Below, piece after piece: positions 1 to 13,580 of a stretch of DNA of 64,000 nt. The stretch spans positions 55,056,001 through 55,120,000 of the forward strand of contig CM126221.1 of assembly GCA_052327205.1 (NCBI GenBank), read 5' to 3'. The position numbers and the translations under genes are program-made. Position 1 is the first letter of the stretch, and each line of letters starts with the position of its first letter. The DNA comes from Somniosus microcephalus (Eukaryota). A model generated the notes under the pieces. The model ran no database searches, was not told the origin of the DNA, and worked only from the letters and a program-made list of their open reading frames with translations.

Positions 1-274
1 AAGTGGTCTCTGTCTGCAGCGCATTGTAAAGTATATTACGTAAGTTCATTTGGTTACTATTACTCTTGTGCATGCTAGCTCTGCAGTATCGCCTATCCAG
101 AATATGGAACTCTTGACATATTTTCAGATGTCTAAACAGTTGCACTAGCTCTACCAAAGTTCACCTGTAAAGGTCTGCATCAAACAATGATTCCTGGCAC
201 TTCTATGATGTGCTGAAATCATATACATCAAGAAATTTCTCGTAATTGATATACCAGAAGGACATTAAAAAAAT

Positions 275-655
275 AGTACTTGCATAATACAGTGCCTTAT
301 CGTGTTGTTGAAACATCTCTGAACAAATCACAATGATTCACTTTTGAAGTTCAGTTTCTGTTTTTATAGATAAATGTGGCAGCCATTTCCGTATCTATCA
401 AATATCAATGAGGTGAGTGACCAGTTAGTTGGTTTATTTTGGTATTTATTGAGGGAGGAATGTTGGCCTGAACATTGGGAGAGCTCATTACTCCTCTTCA
501 GATTGTGCCAGTGGATCTGGAACATCTAATTGAGCAGGCAGATTGGACCTTGGTTTAATGTCTCCTCTGAAGAGTGACGCTTCTGACCATGCAGCACTGG
601 CATTTCAATCTAAATTATGCACCAAGTTTTGGTATGGAACTCGAGCGCACAATCA
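275..655 (-). mobile_element. Degenerate SacSINE1/DeuSINE-like SINE
   Basis: Reverse complement resembles the intact copy at 16377-16840 and the copy at 41853-42254 (tail tacttgcat, tgtggcagcca, ttggtttaatgtctc..gaag..tgac). Confidence 0.6.
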
Positions 656-1354
656 GAAAGGACTTGGGAGGTGGAGGGAGAGAGCTCTCCGCAGAGCCAA
701 TCTGACACCACCAATGCTGAAATGGGTTGGGACTTTATTTTTTTTCCTATATATTAAATTACATAATGAGAGCAACTGGAGATTACAGTAGCAAAGACAG
801 ATATCTCAGAAATTTGATTCTAGTAGCTGGGAGCAGACAGCTTCGGGAGAATTGTACTTTGGGGTAGCAGTTGGCAAGCTATAGATTTCCTATAGCCAAT
901 TCATACTGCAGTAACCCTGGTTCAGCGAATGTTCTGCATTAATCTTGTATGAATACAAGAGGCAGCATTCCAGATATCTTGAGAGTTTTGTATGCAGCAG
1001 AAGTGTGTGTGAGGTTTTGCTGCTGATATTCTGTGTGGGTCTTGTATTGTTTTAGGTAGTACAGGCTCCATTTTGTTAGTTCAAGTGACTGCTAAAGATC
1101 TTGTGGCACGACTTGAAGAACAGGGACTTCTCTTATTCTGTCCAACTATCCTCCCTTGAACACACAAAAATACAGATTAATGGGTCATTAATGTTTCTTG
1201 GACCCCTAACAGCAGTGGTTGAACATTGATACGATGTGCTTTGATATGCCCTCAGATGTGATGAGATGCTATAATAAATGTAAGCCTTTTTTTATATAGT
1301 GTAGTATTAAAACCGAGATAATTTATGCCAAAAGGAATCCAGTTTTTTTAAAAC

Positions 1355-1865
1355 TTTGTTTATGGGATGTGGGCATCGCTGGCAAAGGCCAGCATTTATA
1401 TCCCATCCCTAATTGCCCTCGAAGGTGGTGGTGAGCCGCCGCCTTGAACCGCTGCAGTCGTGTGGTGAAGGTGCTCCCACAGTGCTGTTAGGTAGGGAGT
1501 TCCAGGATTTTGACCCAGCGACGATGAAGGATTGGCGATATACTTCCAAGTCAGAGTGGTGTGTGACTTGGAGGGGAACTTGGAGGTGGTGGTGTTCCCA
1601 TGCGCCTGCTGCCCTTGTCCTTCTAGGTGGTGATGGTGGAAAGGCTTTGGGGAGTCAGGAGGTGAGACACTCGCCGCAGCATCTGACCTGCTCTTGTTGG
1701 CCACAGTATTTGTGGCTGGTCCAGTTAAATTCCTGGACAATGGTGACCCCCAGGATGTTGATGGTGGGGGATTTGGCGATGGTAATGCCGGTGAATGTCA
1801 AGGGGAGGTGGTCATTGCCTCGCACTTCTGTGGCGCAAATGTTACCTGCCATTTATCAGCCCAAG
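1355..1865 (-). mobile_element. 3' fragment of a CR1-clade LINE
   Basis: Minus-strand peptides WADKWQVTFAPQKCEAMT and INILGVTI..FNWTSH (RT C-terminal region); tail gcaattagggatggg..taaatgctggcc..cccacatccc. Confidence 0.75.
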
Positions 1866-2157
1866 CTGATAAAAAGTTGTTAGCGCAACTTTTCCTGAGT
1901 TGAAAAGCAAGTTGTGCTTGACGGGGCCTAGAAATTGTTTGCGATTCTGAAACTAGTTTGAGGAGCAGTGGTATGTCCTTTAACTGCTGGTGTATAATGA
2001 AAATTAGCACTAATCAAGAATCTCCCAATTTTTGGTTTGCATGTATGATACAGAAGTACCCCAGTCGCTGCAATGATGGCAAAAGCAATACAGATATAAA
2101 AGTAACATTGGCTTTTGAAGGTCCTGAGCACAGTTTTGTCCTGTGAAAATTCTGGCA

Positions 2158-2239
2158 GCCAATCGTGCTAACAGTTAATTGGGATGTGGATAATGGAGCC
2201 AATTGTGCTGACAGTTAATTGGGATGTGGATAATGGAGC
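2158..2239. repeat. Two-copy 40-bp tandem duplication
   Basis: gccaatcgtgctaacagttaattgggatgtggataatgga followed by gccaattgtgctgacagttaattgggatgtggataatgga. Confidence 0.9.
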
Positions 2240-4424
2240 TGTAATTTTCAATATGAACTGCACAGCAGCTTAGATTTATTTAGTGTTTGTATTGCAGCAA
2301 AATGCTCAGCGATTCGCAGGTGGTTGGTCAGGCCTGACAGGAGGTGCATGAAGGCACAAAGACTTAGATTATAAGGAGGTTTTTAGGTAGAGAGATGGAG
2401 GGGTTTAAGGAGAGTTCCAGAATGTGAAGGCAAGCTAGCTGAAACTGCTTCCCACCCATGGTAGAGTAGAGGGAGGAACCCACAGTAGTCCAGAGGTGGA
2501 AGAGGGGAGAGTATGAGCAAAGATGTAGAGTTTCTGGTGTGGACTAAACCGAATGGCTTGGGTCAATTAATAGCAAGTTAAGTTCTGGTTTATCCATGAC
2601 CCACAGCAGTCCATTCCCAGCCAGATTTGCCGTGCACTGATTAAAGCCAAAGTGTCTCGGTGTCTGGTTACTGTGCAGCTTTCTGGCAAGAGCAGCGTGC
2701 TGCTGATCTGAACATTTGATGTGGGTCTATTCTGGTGTATGGGAAGTCGATGATTTACAGCACAATCAACACTGTTTAAAAATTCAATTTTATGGTACCA
2801 TGTTGTCTGTATTCCTGTAAGCAGGCTAATACAGTGCTTTAATGCAAATAAAACTAGAAATGGCCTCTTTTTAAAAAAAAAAGGATGTTTTATTTTTAAA
2901 AATCCTTGCTAATTTAATTTTTTCTGTATCCATCCTATTGTTACCCAGCTGAAATCGGCTCAGCCAGAACAGATTGAGGATCAAACCTGCGATTAGTTCT
3001 TGCCAACTGAGCCATTGTGAATCCTCACCAATTTTATGCTTATAATTGATGTCTTGACTGTTATGGGACAAGCTATTCCTGATGCAGTAATGATATTGCA
3101 TGTTATTGCTTCAGTCAGATACTTGGTCAATACAGTGTGAAACTGTGTTGCTGAGCAGAATACATTCTGGTGACCTGTATATACTGAATTTTGAAGGTTA
3201 GGTGTGACCTATTAAGTTGGTTGCAACCCAACCTTAAAGCAATATATTCAATTGCTTTGGTTAATACAAAAAGCTCTAAATCCTGGAGATCTGTAATAAG
3301 GCACTGATGAAGGGTATCCAGCTGAAACATTAACCTTTCTTTCCTCTTTCATGTGGATGAACCTGCTGTGCCGTATTTTCTACCTTGTTGAGCTGCTGTG
3401 TATCTGTGTTCGTGTAAATAGGGAGCAGTTTGAGTGTTAAACCACTGAGGGACTTCAGGTTTTCTCTTTCTTCCTTCACCCCCACCCACCCGACCCCAAT
3501 CGCAGTCACTGAATCTCATCTATGCAGTGGTCCCATCTCTTATATCCTGCATGGTGCTGCTGATAGTTAAATATGTACACGTACAAAATATTCCTGCTCT
3601 GAGAGCATCCAGTGTGTTCAGGGCAGCTCCACTCAGTCTGCCCTTACAGATTGGAATTCCTGACACTGGATTCCTAGATTTCACCTCTGGCTGTCTAAAA
3701 TTACAGCAAAAAATTGCTGCTCTTTTAAAATTTCTTCAGCGAATGATGTGTATTGAGTAATATTGTGTGATGCACTACATTCTCATTTCCGTGTGAGATG
3801 TGCGAAAGACGTGTGTGCCTGTTTTGAAAGCTGCCATGTGAATTCATTGCCTGCCCTTGACTCTTTGTTGAACAGACTGGTGTTCGGTCCGCTAATCATG
3901 CATCTCAAGCCCCAGAATCCTGTTGCACTAAACACTGGAAGATCTTTGTAATGTAAATAATGCCCAAGTTAAAAGTGCCTCTGTGTAAACCATACAAAGG
4001 AACAAGTATAACACTAATACAATAGCAAAATACTGCGGATGCTGGAAATCCGAAATATCAACAGAAAATGCTGGAAAAACTCAGCATCCGGCATTTGCTT
4101 GCTCTGTAATGTGCCACGTGGCCTCTTGCAAATTGCTGGCACATTGGAATGGATTCTGAATAGCTTTTTTCCAGCAACTACCTGTAAAAAGATTTTAAAG
4201 CTGGGTGCCCCCACCCCCCCCCAAATTTTGTTCATCGCGAAGATTCTTTTGAAGACTCATTTTATTTTTTAAAAATAATGAAGACCGGAGAACTTAAAAT
4301 AGTAAGCTGGCATTTTATTTTGATCTTGTTTGATGTCCAACAGAGCAGATTGCAAAGAGTCTTGTGGTTAGCTTGAAGTGTAAAAAGTTTTTGTTGCGTT
4401 TTTCTGGTTGAGAAAACCCAAGCA

Positions 4425-4772
4425 CAGGAAACTTTGTTATCCGGAGGGTAAATGTCCAGCAAGCTCGAGCCACCGGCAAAAATCAGGAGCCGTTTCGTTC
4501 GGCTTTTTTCTTTTCGTAGGTTTTTTCTTTTCGTTGCTTTTTTCTCAACAGTCAAGCTCTGCAAGGTCTCGCTGAAGCTGTTGCTAAGCTACAGAGACGC
4601 TACAGAGACGCTTGCAAGGTACGGCCGACTATTTAGAAGCTGACAGAGTTTGTTGCCAGTTACGGAGCTCAAAATCTCCGTATGTTTCAACATTAGCGCT
4701 GGTTTGTCCGGCAGTTTTGATGGGACGGCAACAGCTCGGTCCCGTCGGTGCTGGATAGCACAAAGTTTCCTG
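4425..4772. mobile_element. Non-autonomous pogo/Tigger-like MITE, copy 1
   Basis: Terminal inverted repeats CAGGAAACTTTG..TATCC / GGATAG.ACAAAGTTTCCTG; highly similar to 33047-33369; flanks are CA/TG here. Confidence 0.85.
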
Positions 4773-4999
4773 TGAAGGGCTAAGATGCACAGTACAGGAC
4801 ACCACCAAGGCTCACCAGATAGTTGATTTAGCTGAAAGCACTGTGGTCCATTTAGTCTCCACTTTCAGATTACCAATCCTACAATTTTCCCATTACATCA
4901 TGAATTTAGTATACTGACTTCAATCATCCATCCTGGGCTCTTGGCTGTCTGAGCCATATGGAAACTGTCACCATGTTTAATAGTCTCCAAACTAATTTC

Positions 5000-7900
5000 T
5001 GTAAGTTAGTTAATCTATTAAATAGAGGCATGGCAGGGCAGCTCAGTCCCACAGAATGCATATCCTGTGCCATGTGGGAAATCCAGGACATTTCCCGTGT
5101 CCTGGACAACCATGTGTGCAGGAGGTGTCGTCAGCTGGAGGAGCTTGAGCAGCAGCTGGCGTCACTGCGGTGCATCCGTGAGGCTGAGAGCCTTGTGGCT
5201 ACCCCGCAGCAAAGGAGTGCGCAGGTAGAGACGGAATGGGTGACCAGGCGGGTAGTGCAGGAGTTCCCTGAGTGCATCTCGTTCTCCAACCAGTATTTGG
5301 TTCCAAGTACTGGTGAGGGTGATGGTTTCTCTGGGGAGTACAGCCAGAGCCAAGTCTGTGGCACCACGGGTGACTTGGCTGTACGGGGTTGGGGGGGGGG
5401 AAGAGGAGTGGTGGGAGAGCAATAGTCATAGGGGATTCGATAGGGGAGCAGACAGGCTCTTCTGCGGCTGCAAATGTGACTCCAGGATGGTATGTTGCCT
5501 TCCTGGTGCCAGGGCTAAGGATGTCTGAGTGACTGCAGAACATTGAGGGGGAGGGTGAACAGCCAGACGCCGTGGTCCATATTGGTACCAACGACATAGA
5601 TAGAAAGGGGGATATGGTCCTGTAGGCCAATTTTAGGGTGCTAGGAAAGAGATTATAAAGCAGGACCTCAAGGGTAGGAATCTCCGGATTACTCTCTGTG
5701 CCACGTGTGAGTGAGTTTATAAATAGGAGGAGAGAGCAGATGAATGCGTGGCTGGAGAGATGGTGTGGGGGGAGGGCTTCAGATACCTGGGGCATTGGGA
5801 CCAGTTCTGGGGGAGGTGGGACCTGTACAGGCTGGGCAGGTTGCACCTCAACAGGGCTGGAACCAATAGCCTCGCGGGGAAGTTTGCTAGTGCTGGTAAG
5901 GAGGGTTTAATCTAACTTGGCAGGGGTATAGGCACCAGGATGTAACATTAGAAAGGGGAAATCAAGTGATTAAAAGATTGGGAGAGGCCGAGAGCACTAA
6001 AGTAAAATAGAAAGGTATTAGGTGGTGACGAACTAAGAGAATACAGGATGGTCTAAGATGGGTTTACAGTGTATGTATATGAACACAGGAAGCGTAGTAA
6101 ACAAGTTAAGTGAGCTGCAGGCACAAATAGCCACATGGGAATATGATGATGTGGTAATATTGCGACCTGGCTCAAAAAAGGGCAGGATTGGGTATGAAAT
6201 ATTCCTGGTTATAAGATGTTCAGGAAAGATAGGGAAGGAAAGATGGGAGGTGGTGTGGCAGTACTGGTTAAGGAGAATGTTAGTGCTGGAGAGGGAGGAT
6301 ATCCTGGAGAGGTCGAGGACAGAATCTATATGGCTAGAGTTGAGAAATAATAGAGGTGCCATTACACTACCAGGTGTATGCTATAGGCCACCAACTAGTG
6401 GGAAAGATATGAAGGAGCAAATTTGCAGAGAAATTACAGAGAGGTGCAATAATGGGGTACTTCAACTATCCTAATATAGACTGGGATAGTAATAGTGTAA
6501 AAGGCAGAGAAGGGTAAGAATTTCTGAAGTGTGTTTTCAGGAGAACTTTCTTGATCAGTATGTTTCTGGCCCAACGAGGAAGGAGGCATTGCTGGATCTG
6601 GTTCTGGGGACTGAGGTAGGTCAAGTGGAGCAAGTGTCAGTAGGGGAACATTTAGGGAACAGTGATCATAGTATCATAAGGTTTAGATTAGCTATGGAAA
6701 AGGACAGGGAGCAATCTAGAGTAAAAATGTTTAACTGGGGAAAAGCCAATTTCAGTGGGATGAGAACCGATCTGGCCTGGGTAAATTGGAATCAAAGATT
6801 GGTGGGCAAAACTGTAATGGAACAATGGGCTGCCTTTTAAAGAGGAAATAGTTCAAGTACAGTTGAGGTACATTCCCACTAGGGAGAAAGGCAGGGTAAC
6901 TATAGACAGGGCTCCCTGGATGATGAAACAGAGCATATGATGAAGCAGAAAAAGCACGTATGACAGATGTCGGGTTGCAAATACATCCGAGAATCAGGCT
7001 ATATATAGAAAGGTCAGCGGAGAAGTGAAAAAGAAAATGAGTGGCAAAGAGAGGGTATGAGAATAGAATGGCAGCCAACATAAAAGGTAATCCAGAAGTC
7101 TTCTATAGTCATAATAAATAGTAAGAGAAGAGGTGGGGCCGATTAGGGATCAAAAAGGAGACCTATGTATGGAGGCAGAGGGTATGGCTGAGGTACTAAA
7201 TGAGTACTTTGCATCTGTCTTCAAGGAAAAGGATGCTGTCATAGACATAGTGAAGGAGGAGGTAGTGGAGATACTTGATAGGATACAAATTGATAGAGGT
7301 ACTGTATTAGAACGGCTACTTAAAGTAGATAAACCACCAGGCGCGGATGGGATGCATCTAGGATGCTGAGGGAATTGAGGGTGAAAATCGTAGAGGTACT
7401 GGCCATACCATAATATTCCAATCCTCCATAGATAGGGGGGTGGTGCCAAAGGACTGGAGAATTGCAAATGCTACACCATTGTTCACAAAAGGGTGTAAAA
7501 ATAAACCCAGCAACTACAGGCCAGTCAGTTTAACCTCGGTAGTGGGGAAGCTTTTAGAAACGGTAATCGGGGACAAAATTAAGTCACTTGGATAGGTGTG
7601 GATTAATTAAGGAAAGGCAAATCGTGTTTGACCAACTTGATCGTGTTTTTTGATGCGGTAACAGCAAGGGCTGATGACAGCAATGCAGTGGACTTGGTGT
7701 ACATGGATTTCCAAAAGGTGTTCAACAAAGTGCCATAAAAGGGACAGTGGCAGCATGGATGCGAAATTGGCTAAGTGACACGAAACAGAGTAGTGGTGAA
7801 CGGTTGTTTTTCAGACTGGTGGAAGGTATACAGTGGTGTTCCCCAGGGGTCGGTTCTAGGACCACTGCTTTTCTTGATATATATTAATGACTTGGACTTG

Positions 7901-8843
7901 GGTGTACAGGGCAAAATTTGCAGATGGCACAAAACTTGAAGTATAGTGAACAGTGAAGAGGATAGTGATAGACTTCAAGAAGACAGATAGGCCTGTGAAA
8001 TGGGAGGACATGTGGCAGATGAAATTTAACACACAAGTGCAAAGTGATATGTTTTGGTAGGAAGAACGAGGAGAGGCAATAGAAACGAAATGGTACAATC
8101 CTAAAGGTGGCTACACGAACAGAGACCTGGGGGTATGTGTGCACAAATCGTTGAAGGTGGCAGGGCAGGTTGAGAAAGCGGTTAAAGAAAAGCATACGGA
8201 ATCCTGGGCTTCATAAATAGAGGTATTTAGAGTACAAAAGTGTGGAAATTATAATGAGCCTTTATAAAACACTGGTTTGGCCTCAACTGGAGTATTGTGT
8301 CCAATTCTGGGCACCACATTTTAGGAAGGATGTGAAGACCTTCGAGAGGGTGCATAAAAGATTTATGAGTGGTTCTAGTGATGAAGGACTTTAGTTAAGT
8401 GGATAGACTGGAGAAACTGGGTTTGTTCTCCTTGGAGCTGTGAAGGCTGAGAGGAGATTTGATAGAGGTGTTCAAAATCATGATGGGTCTAGACACAGTA
8501 AATAGAGAGAAACGGTTCCCATTGGTGGAAGGGTCGAGAACCAGAGAACGCAGATTTAAGGTGATTGACAAAAGAACCAAAGGTGACAGGAGGAAAAACT
8601 TTGTTACGCAGCAAGTGGTTAGGATCTGGAATGCACTGCCTGTAAGGGTGGTGGAGGCAGATTCAATCGTGGCTTTCAAAAGGGAATTGGATAAGTACCT
8701 GAAGGAAAAAGATTTGCAGGACTATGGGGAAAGGGTGGGGGAGTGGGACTAACTGAAGATCTCTTGCAGAGAGCTGGCATGGGCTCAATGGGCCGAATGG
8801 TCTCCTTCTGTGCTGTAACCATTCTGATTCTATTCTATGATTC
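5000..8843 (+). mobile_element. Near-full-length decayed CR1 LINE (ORF1 Cys-rich + esterase-like; ORF2 endonuclease-RT)
   Basis: ORF1 starts MAGQLSPTECISCAMWE, with a later IVIGDS-type motif; EN motifs GVCYRPP and LGNSDH; RT [10 protein letters not shown]; 3' RIWNALP; (attct)n-like tail; many stops and frameshifts. Confidence 0.92.
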
Positions 8844-8849
8844 AATGAT

Positions 8850-9400
8850 CACAATCTGGATATTGGACAAGCAGTCTGACGAGAGGCAATGGAAAGGTAG
8901 ACCTGAGTTTTATTGACGCCAATGCCTACAGATGATGTTGCCAAGGAGCAACATGTAGATGAGGAAGAGGCCAGGGAACGACCTGAGGGACCCCAGAGCT
9001 AATTGGGTGGGAAGGGAAGCCTTTGCTGCAGATGCTTTGGCTGTGGTTGGATAGCTAAGAGTGGAGTCAAGTGAGGGCAGTCCCACTGAACTGCACAACG
9101 AAGGAAAGGGGTTGGAGAAGGATGGTGTGATCGAGTGAGCCAAAAGCTGAAGAGAGAATGCACCATGTTCACAGTCACAGAGAATATCCTTGGTTCGGAC
9201 TGTTTTGGTGCTTAACGGGGTGGAAATTGGATTGGTGAGATTCAGAGGAAGTTGCAGGAAAGAACGACATGGATTTGGAAGGTGACAATATGTTCAAAGA
9301 CTTTGGAGAGGAAAGGGAGGTTGGAAATGACGTGGTAGTTTGCAAGGACTGGTTGATTTTTTTGAGACCTTGTAGGTGTTGGACGTAACGGAGTGGTCCC
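8850..9400 (-). mobile_element. Old L2-like LINE RT fragment
   Basis: Minus peptide NQPVLANYHVISNLPFLSKVFEHIV (NYRPISNLPFLSK-like). Confidence 0.7.
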
Positions 9401-11398
9401 CATGGTACAATACTTGATGATTTCATGAAGATCCACTGGCTATTAAATACAGACTAAAAATCCATTGTATTATAGTTTATCCAACACTTAAGTCAGTTAG
9501 AATCATACAAGGTTAAAGGAGACTCCGAAGAAACCATTTTCATCAACTATACAGAGTTTAATGCTCCTTTTTGACATTAATGTTAAGTTGGTGATTGAAT
9601 TTAGTTTTTTCACTTGCAAAATGGCTGTTATGGGGCTTATCGGTGTGTGTATGCATTATCTCACTCTGGTAGAAAGCTAATTTTAAGTATGTCCACTGAC
9701 AAGTTTGAGCAGAAAACTGGGTTTGTAATTTAGCACTTGCAGATAATTGCCTTCGGGTAAACTCTGTACAGCACTGACTGTATTAGGTGAACATCTCCCT
9801 CCTATTTGAGTGTCCGTTTACCTATTATGCTGCAGCATTAAAAATGGTGAGAAGGAGCAGGTTTTGCAAATTACACTCCTTTTCCCTCCCCGCCCTCCAT
9901 GCATGTTTCTGCATGTGCTACCTGTTTTGATATTGTGTAATAATCTAGGTCTTGTGTTAATCTCTCTTCCCTGTTGCAACAGAAAACTAGAAAACTTTTG
10001 TTTTTGAAATCTGGATTATACCAACTGGTGAGCAGAAGTTTAAAACCCACTGATTTTTAGATTTTTGGGTTGTTGTTGCAGTCCTTGCACATGCCACAAA
10101 GAATTTTCACCCTGGTCAGAAGAGGCCTGTACTCTTTAGAAAGGAGGTTTTGAAAATACTCTTTTGTGTAGCCATCAAAATAGAACTGTAATTGCACATC
10201 ATGCTTATGGCGCAATACAGCTGTACTTCTGTTGGCTAGTTTAGTCCAGTGCTCAAAGTAAATGATTGTAAACTCCAGTGTATTCATTGCACTTTTCTTC
10301 CGAGTAGGTTTTATGTGGTAGCATGGTGCTGTGGAGGGGTAGGACTTATGATGCCCATACAAGGTCCTGATTTCTTCAGTGCGGCTGGGATAGGCGGTGA
10401 GAGAAAGATGCTTTTTCTCGATTCTCTCTCTTCCTAGGGGTTGAAGTATGTTTCACTGGAGATCAACCTGCCTGCTCTTGTGGGCTCCTAGTGACCAGTT
10501 TAACACTGGCATTGGCAGAGTGCAGGGTACTGGTCTGTCCTTTTGGCTGGTGTGTAGGAGAGGGACAGTAAATATACTCTTTTTAAAAAAATAAAAAAAA
10601 AATAAAAAAATAAAAAAGTTTAGTAATGCACATTTATACAAGGCTCTGAAGTGTACTTCGTTGTCGACTTTTGTGGTTCTTCTGCGTAGTAGAAAGTAGA
10701 TCCATCTTCTCCAAGCTTGTGTTAAAGCCATGTTAAGTACAGATTGTATTTCTGTACACTTGAGTAGGATTAAATATAACCCACATCTTTAGAGTAAAGC
10801 CCTTTTAAACCAGTCGTATGTTTTCTAGACTCATTACTGAATCGGGGTCTGTTGTGCTTTCAACTTGAGTCTCTAACCATAACTCGCTCATGGAAACAAA
10901 TAGCATATTGATACTGAAACATGTTTACTGTATTTTATTTTGAAAGAAATACCAATGAGCACCAGCATGATGCAATAACCTCCCAGTCAAAGCAGGATTT
11001 GATCAGGGTTCGAGTCCTTGGCCCATTTCTCGAAGTGAGATTTTTATAAATTTCCTTTTAATGCAGCACTACTATTTGTGACAGAGTAGCCAGTATCTGC
11101 CTGTGGAAACAGATGATTAATACAAGGGTGGGAGAAATGGAAAAGTAGAAAACTTTTTTAAAATTACTGAGCGAAAGAAAGCCTCGTGGGTGAGAGACTG
11201 ATTGATTTCTTGACCAGTGAACTTGTACTTCACACCGTTTTCTGTACTGATCTAGTAGTCCGAATTGGTTTGTGTGTTGCTAGTGAAAGTTTGCTATATG
11301 ATCTATTGCAATCACTTTTTTAAAAGCCATAATTCTTGTTCTGTTAAATGCTGATTTTTGTCCTTTTTTGATTTTGTGAACAGGTGAATTGATTTCAC

Positions 11399-11453
11399 AT
11401 GGCTACCTCCAGGAAGCATAGAGACTCGATTCAACAGCAGACCAACACAATAG
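11399..11453 (+). CDS. CEP85: CEP85 coding exon 1 (exon starts 11384; MATSRKHRDSIQQQTNTI)
   Basis: Polypyrimidine tract + cag acceptor at 11383; ATG; 18 codons + 1 nt; donor G|gtagag. Phase 1 joins the next exon, and the length matches the remembered human N-terminal segment. Confidence 0.75.
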
Positions 11454-11589
11454 GTAGAGCACTGAAACTCTGTTTGAACAACAAACATTCTTTTCCTGCA
11501 TTGCCTGCTTTCTTAAAGTACTTTTGCCACCCAGTGCTGTGAAATTTTCATATTGTGTCCACTTGAAATGTGTTTGGAGAGAGTATTTT

Positions 11590-11985
11590 GAATTGCATAG
11601 AATTTTACAGCACAGAAACAGGCCATTCAGCCTAACCAGTTGTGCCGGTGTTTGTGCTCCACACGAGCCTACTTCATCTCACCCTATCAACTTCTCCTTC
11701 TATTCCTTTCTCCCCCATGTACTTATCCAGCTTCCTATTAAATGCATCTATGCTCGTCGCTTCAACCACTCCATGTGGTAGCGAGTTCCACATTCTCGCC
11801 ATTCTGAGTAAAGAAGTTTTTTCTGAATTCCTTAATGGATTTATTAGTGACTGTCTTGTATTGAAATATGTTCTCTACGTCTACCTTATCAAACCCCTTC
11901 CTAATTTTAAAGACTTCTATCAGGTCACCTCTCCATCTTCTCTCTTCTAGAGAAAAGAGGCCCAAACTGTCCAGTCTTTCTGATA
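11590..11985 (-). mobile_element. CR1 3' fragment
   Basis: Minus peptide GLFSLEERRWRGDLIEVFKI; typical CR1 3'UTR. Confidence 0.85.
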
Positions 11986-12739
11986 GCAGTATAACTTACT
12001 TTCCACAATTTGTAGAGCACTTCACATATAAATGCATCTGGAATTCAAAAATGATTTGCTGCAGCACAAAGACCATTCTGTTGGAGCGATTCTAGCAGTC
12101 AGCGCACATGGAGATAGCAGCATATGAACAGTTCAGTTCAGCAGAATACCATTCTGAAATTATATATTAAGGGACTGCTCATTTGTGAAACTCAAATGTG
12201 TGTATGGATTTAAAAATGATCACTTGTAGAACACTCTACCAGGTGAAATAAGTATCACAGCATGAAAGTATGCTGCCCCAAGTGCGATGCCAATGCATAA
12301 AACCAGCCTGCTAACAACGCACTTGCCCTTTTGAATCTCGTGTTATTTGGCTGCATGTAACTGGAATCAGCTTTTCAAAAAGCTCCAGTTTCCAAAACAC
12401 ACACCGGCAGATGCCATTGGCATGGACTTGCTGGGAATATTATTTTTGTTTTGAAGGCCTTTGCATTCCCAGCTTTATACTAATTATGAAACTATTCTGG
12501 AGGTTGTAGAGATGGTGATGGTGGTCAGTGTTCAGGTAAACTAATCTTTGTGATGCCATCCATCTGTTGAGTTGGCTGGCTTCTTTCACTGAAGAGGTGG
12601 TTGTCTTGCTGTGACTGCACTCATTGTAAATGGGACTGTTTCAGTTTGTGGCTGCGCAGAGGTTGAAGTTGATTGGCTTGAATTGAAGTGAATGCATTTG
12701 TTAAGGTTCTACAATAATACAGTGAGACACAGAGGTAGG

Positions 12740-13580
12740 GAACAAAAACAGAAAATGTTTAAAACACTCCCAAGTCCATATGTAAAGAAAGGAAAAATGT
12801 TGATATTTCAGGCATAGCCCGTCATCAGAACTGGATGATATTACCGATGAGCAGCTCATAAGAAGGAACCGAGTGAAGGAAAGGCTGGTCAACCGTGGGG
12901 TTGCAGGCCACCCTGCCTGCAGTCCATTGATTGGATCCCAATCCCATGTACTAACCTTCTCCCTTCCCCACCCTGGCACCTGGCCGTGCCAGCTCAGTAG
13001 ATGCAACAACTGTCTGTTAACCTCCTCCTGCAACACTGTCCAGGGCCTCACTTCTGGGTGAGACAGCGATTTACTTGTACTTCCTCTAACTTGGTATACT
13101 GTGTTTGCTCCTCATGATGCGGTTGGCCTCCTACATTGGGGAGAACAAATGCAGATTAGCTGTTCACTTTACTGAACACCTCTGTTCTGTCCATGCATAT
13201 AACCCCTGAACTCCGTGTCACTTTCCACTTTAATTCTCCGCCTAGCTCTCGCTCTAATCGCTCTGCCCATGGCCTTGTACACTGTCCCAGTGAAGCTCAA
13301 CACAAGCTCGAGCAACAGCCCCTAATCTTTCTATTGGAAATTTTCAGCTATCTGGCTTTAATATTGACTTTCGCTTCAGATCTTAAAAACTGGTCCTTTT
13401 TTCTCGATGACAGGTGCTGAGAATGTAGTGTGTCCATCTGTAATATCTTCTGTTCTGATGAAGGGCAATGTTTGAAATGTCAGAATTTTTCCTTGCTTTA
13501 TAGTTGCTGCTTGACCTGCAGAGTGTTTCCAGCATATTCTGTCTTTGTTTCAGATTTCCAGCATCTGCAGCAATTTGTTT
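12740..13580 (+). mobile_element. Decayed Penelope-like element: inverted partial pseudo-LTR + GIY-YIG region + pseudo-LTR
   Basis: YIGE motif (ctacattggggag), HFNS..H..EAQHKLEQQ.LIF; same family as 42260-44018; terminal segment inverted at 12740-12835. Confidence 0.75.

Noticed and set aside
5030-8752. Intact or domesticated LINE proteins (also 30852-33828, 42260-44018, 51010-55365)
   Set aside because: All are broken by multiple stops and frameshifts.
1-11383. CEP85 promoter or first non-coding exon
   Set aside because: No CpG island or convincing exon seen; probably upstream of the window.
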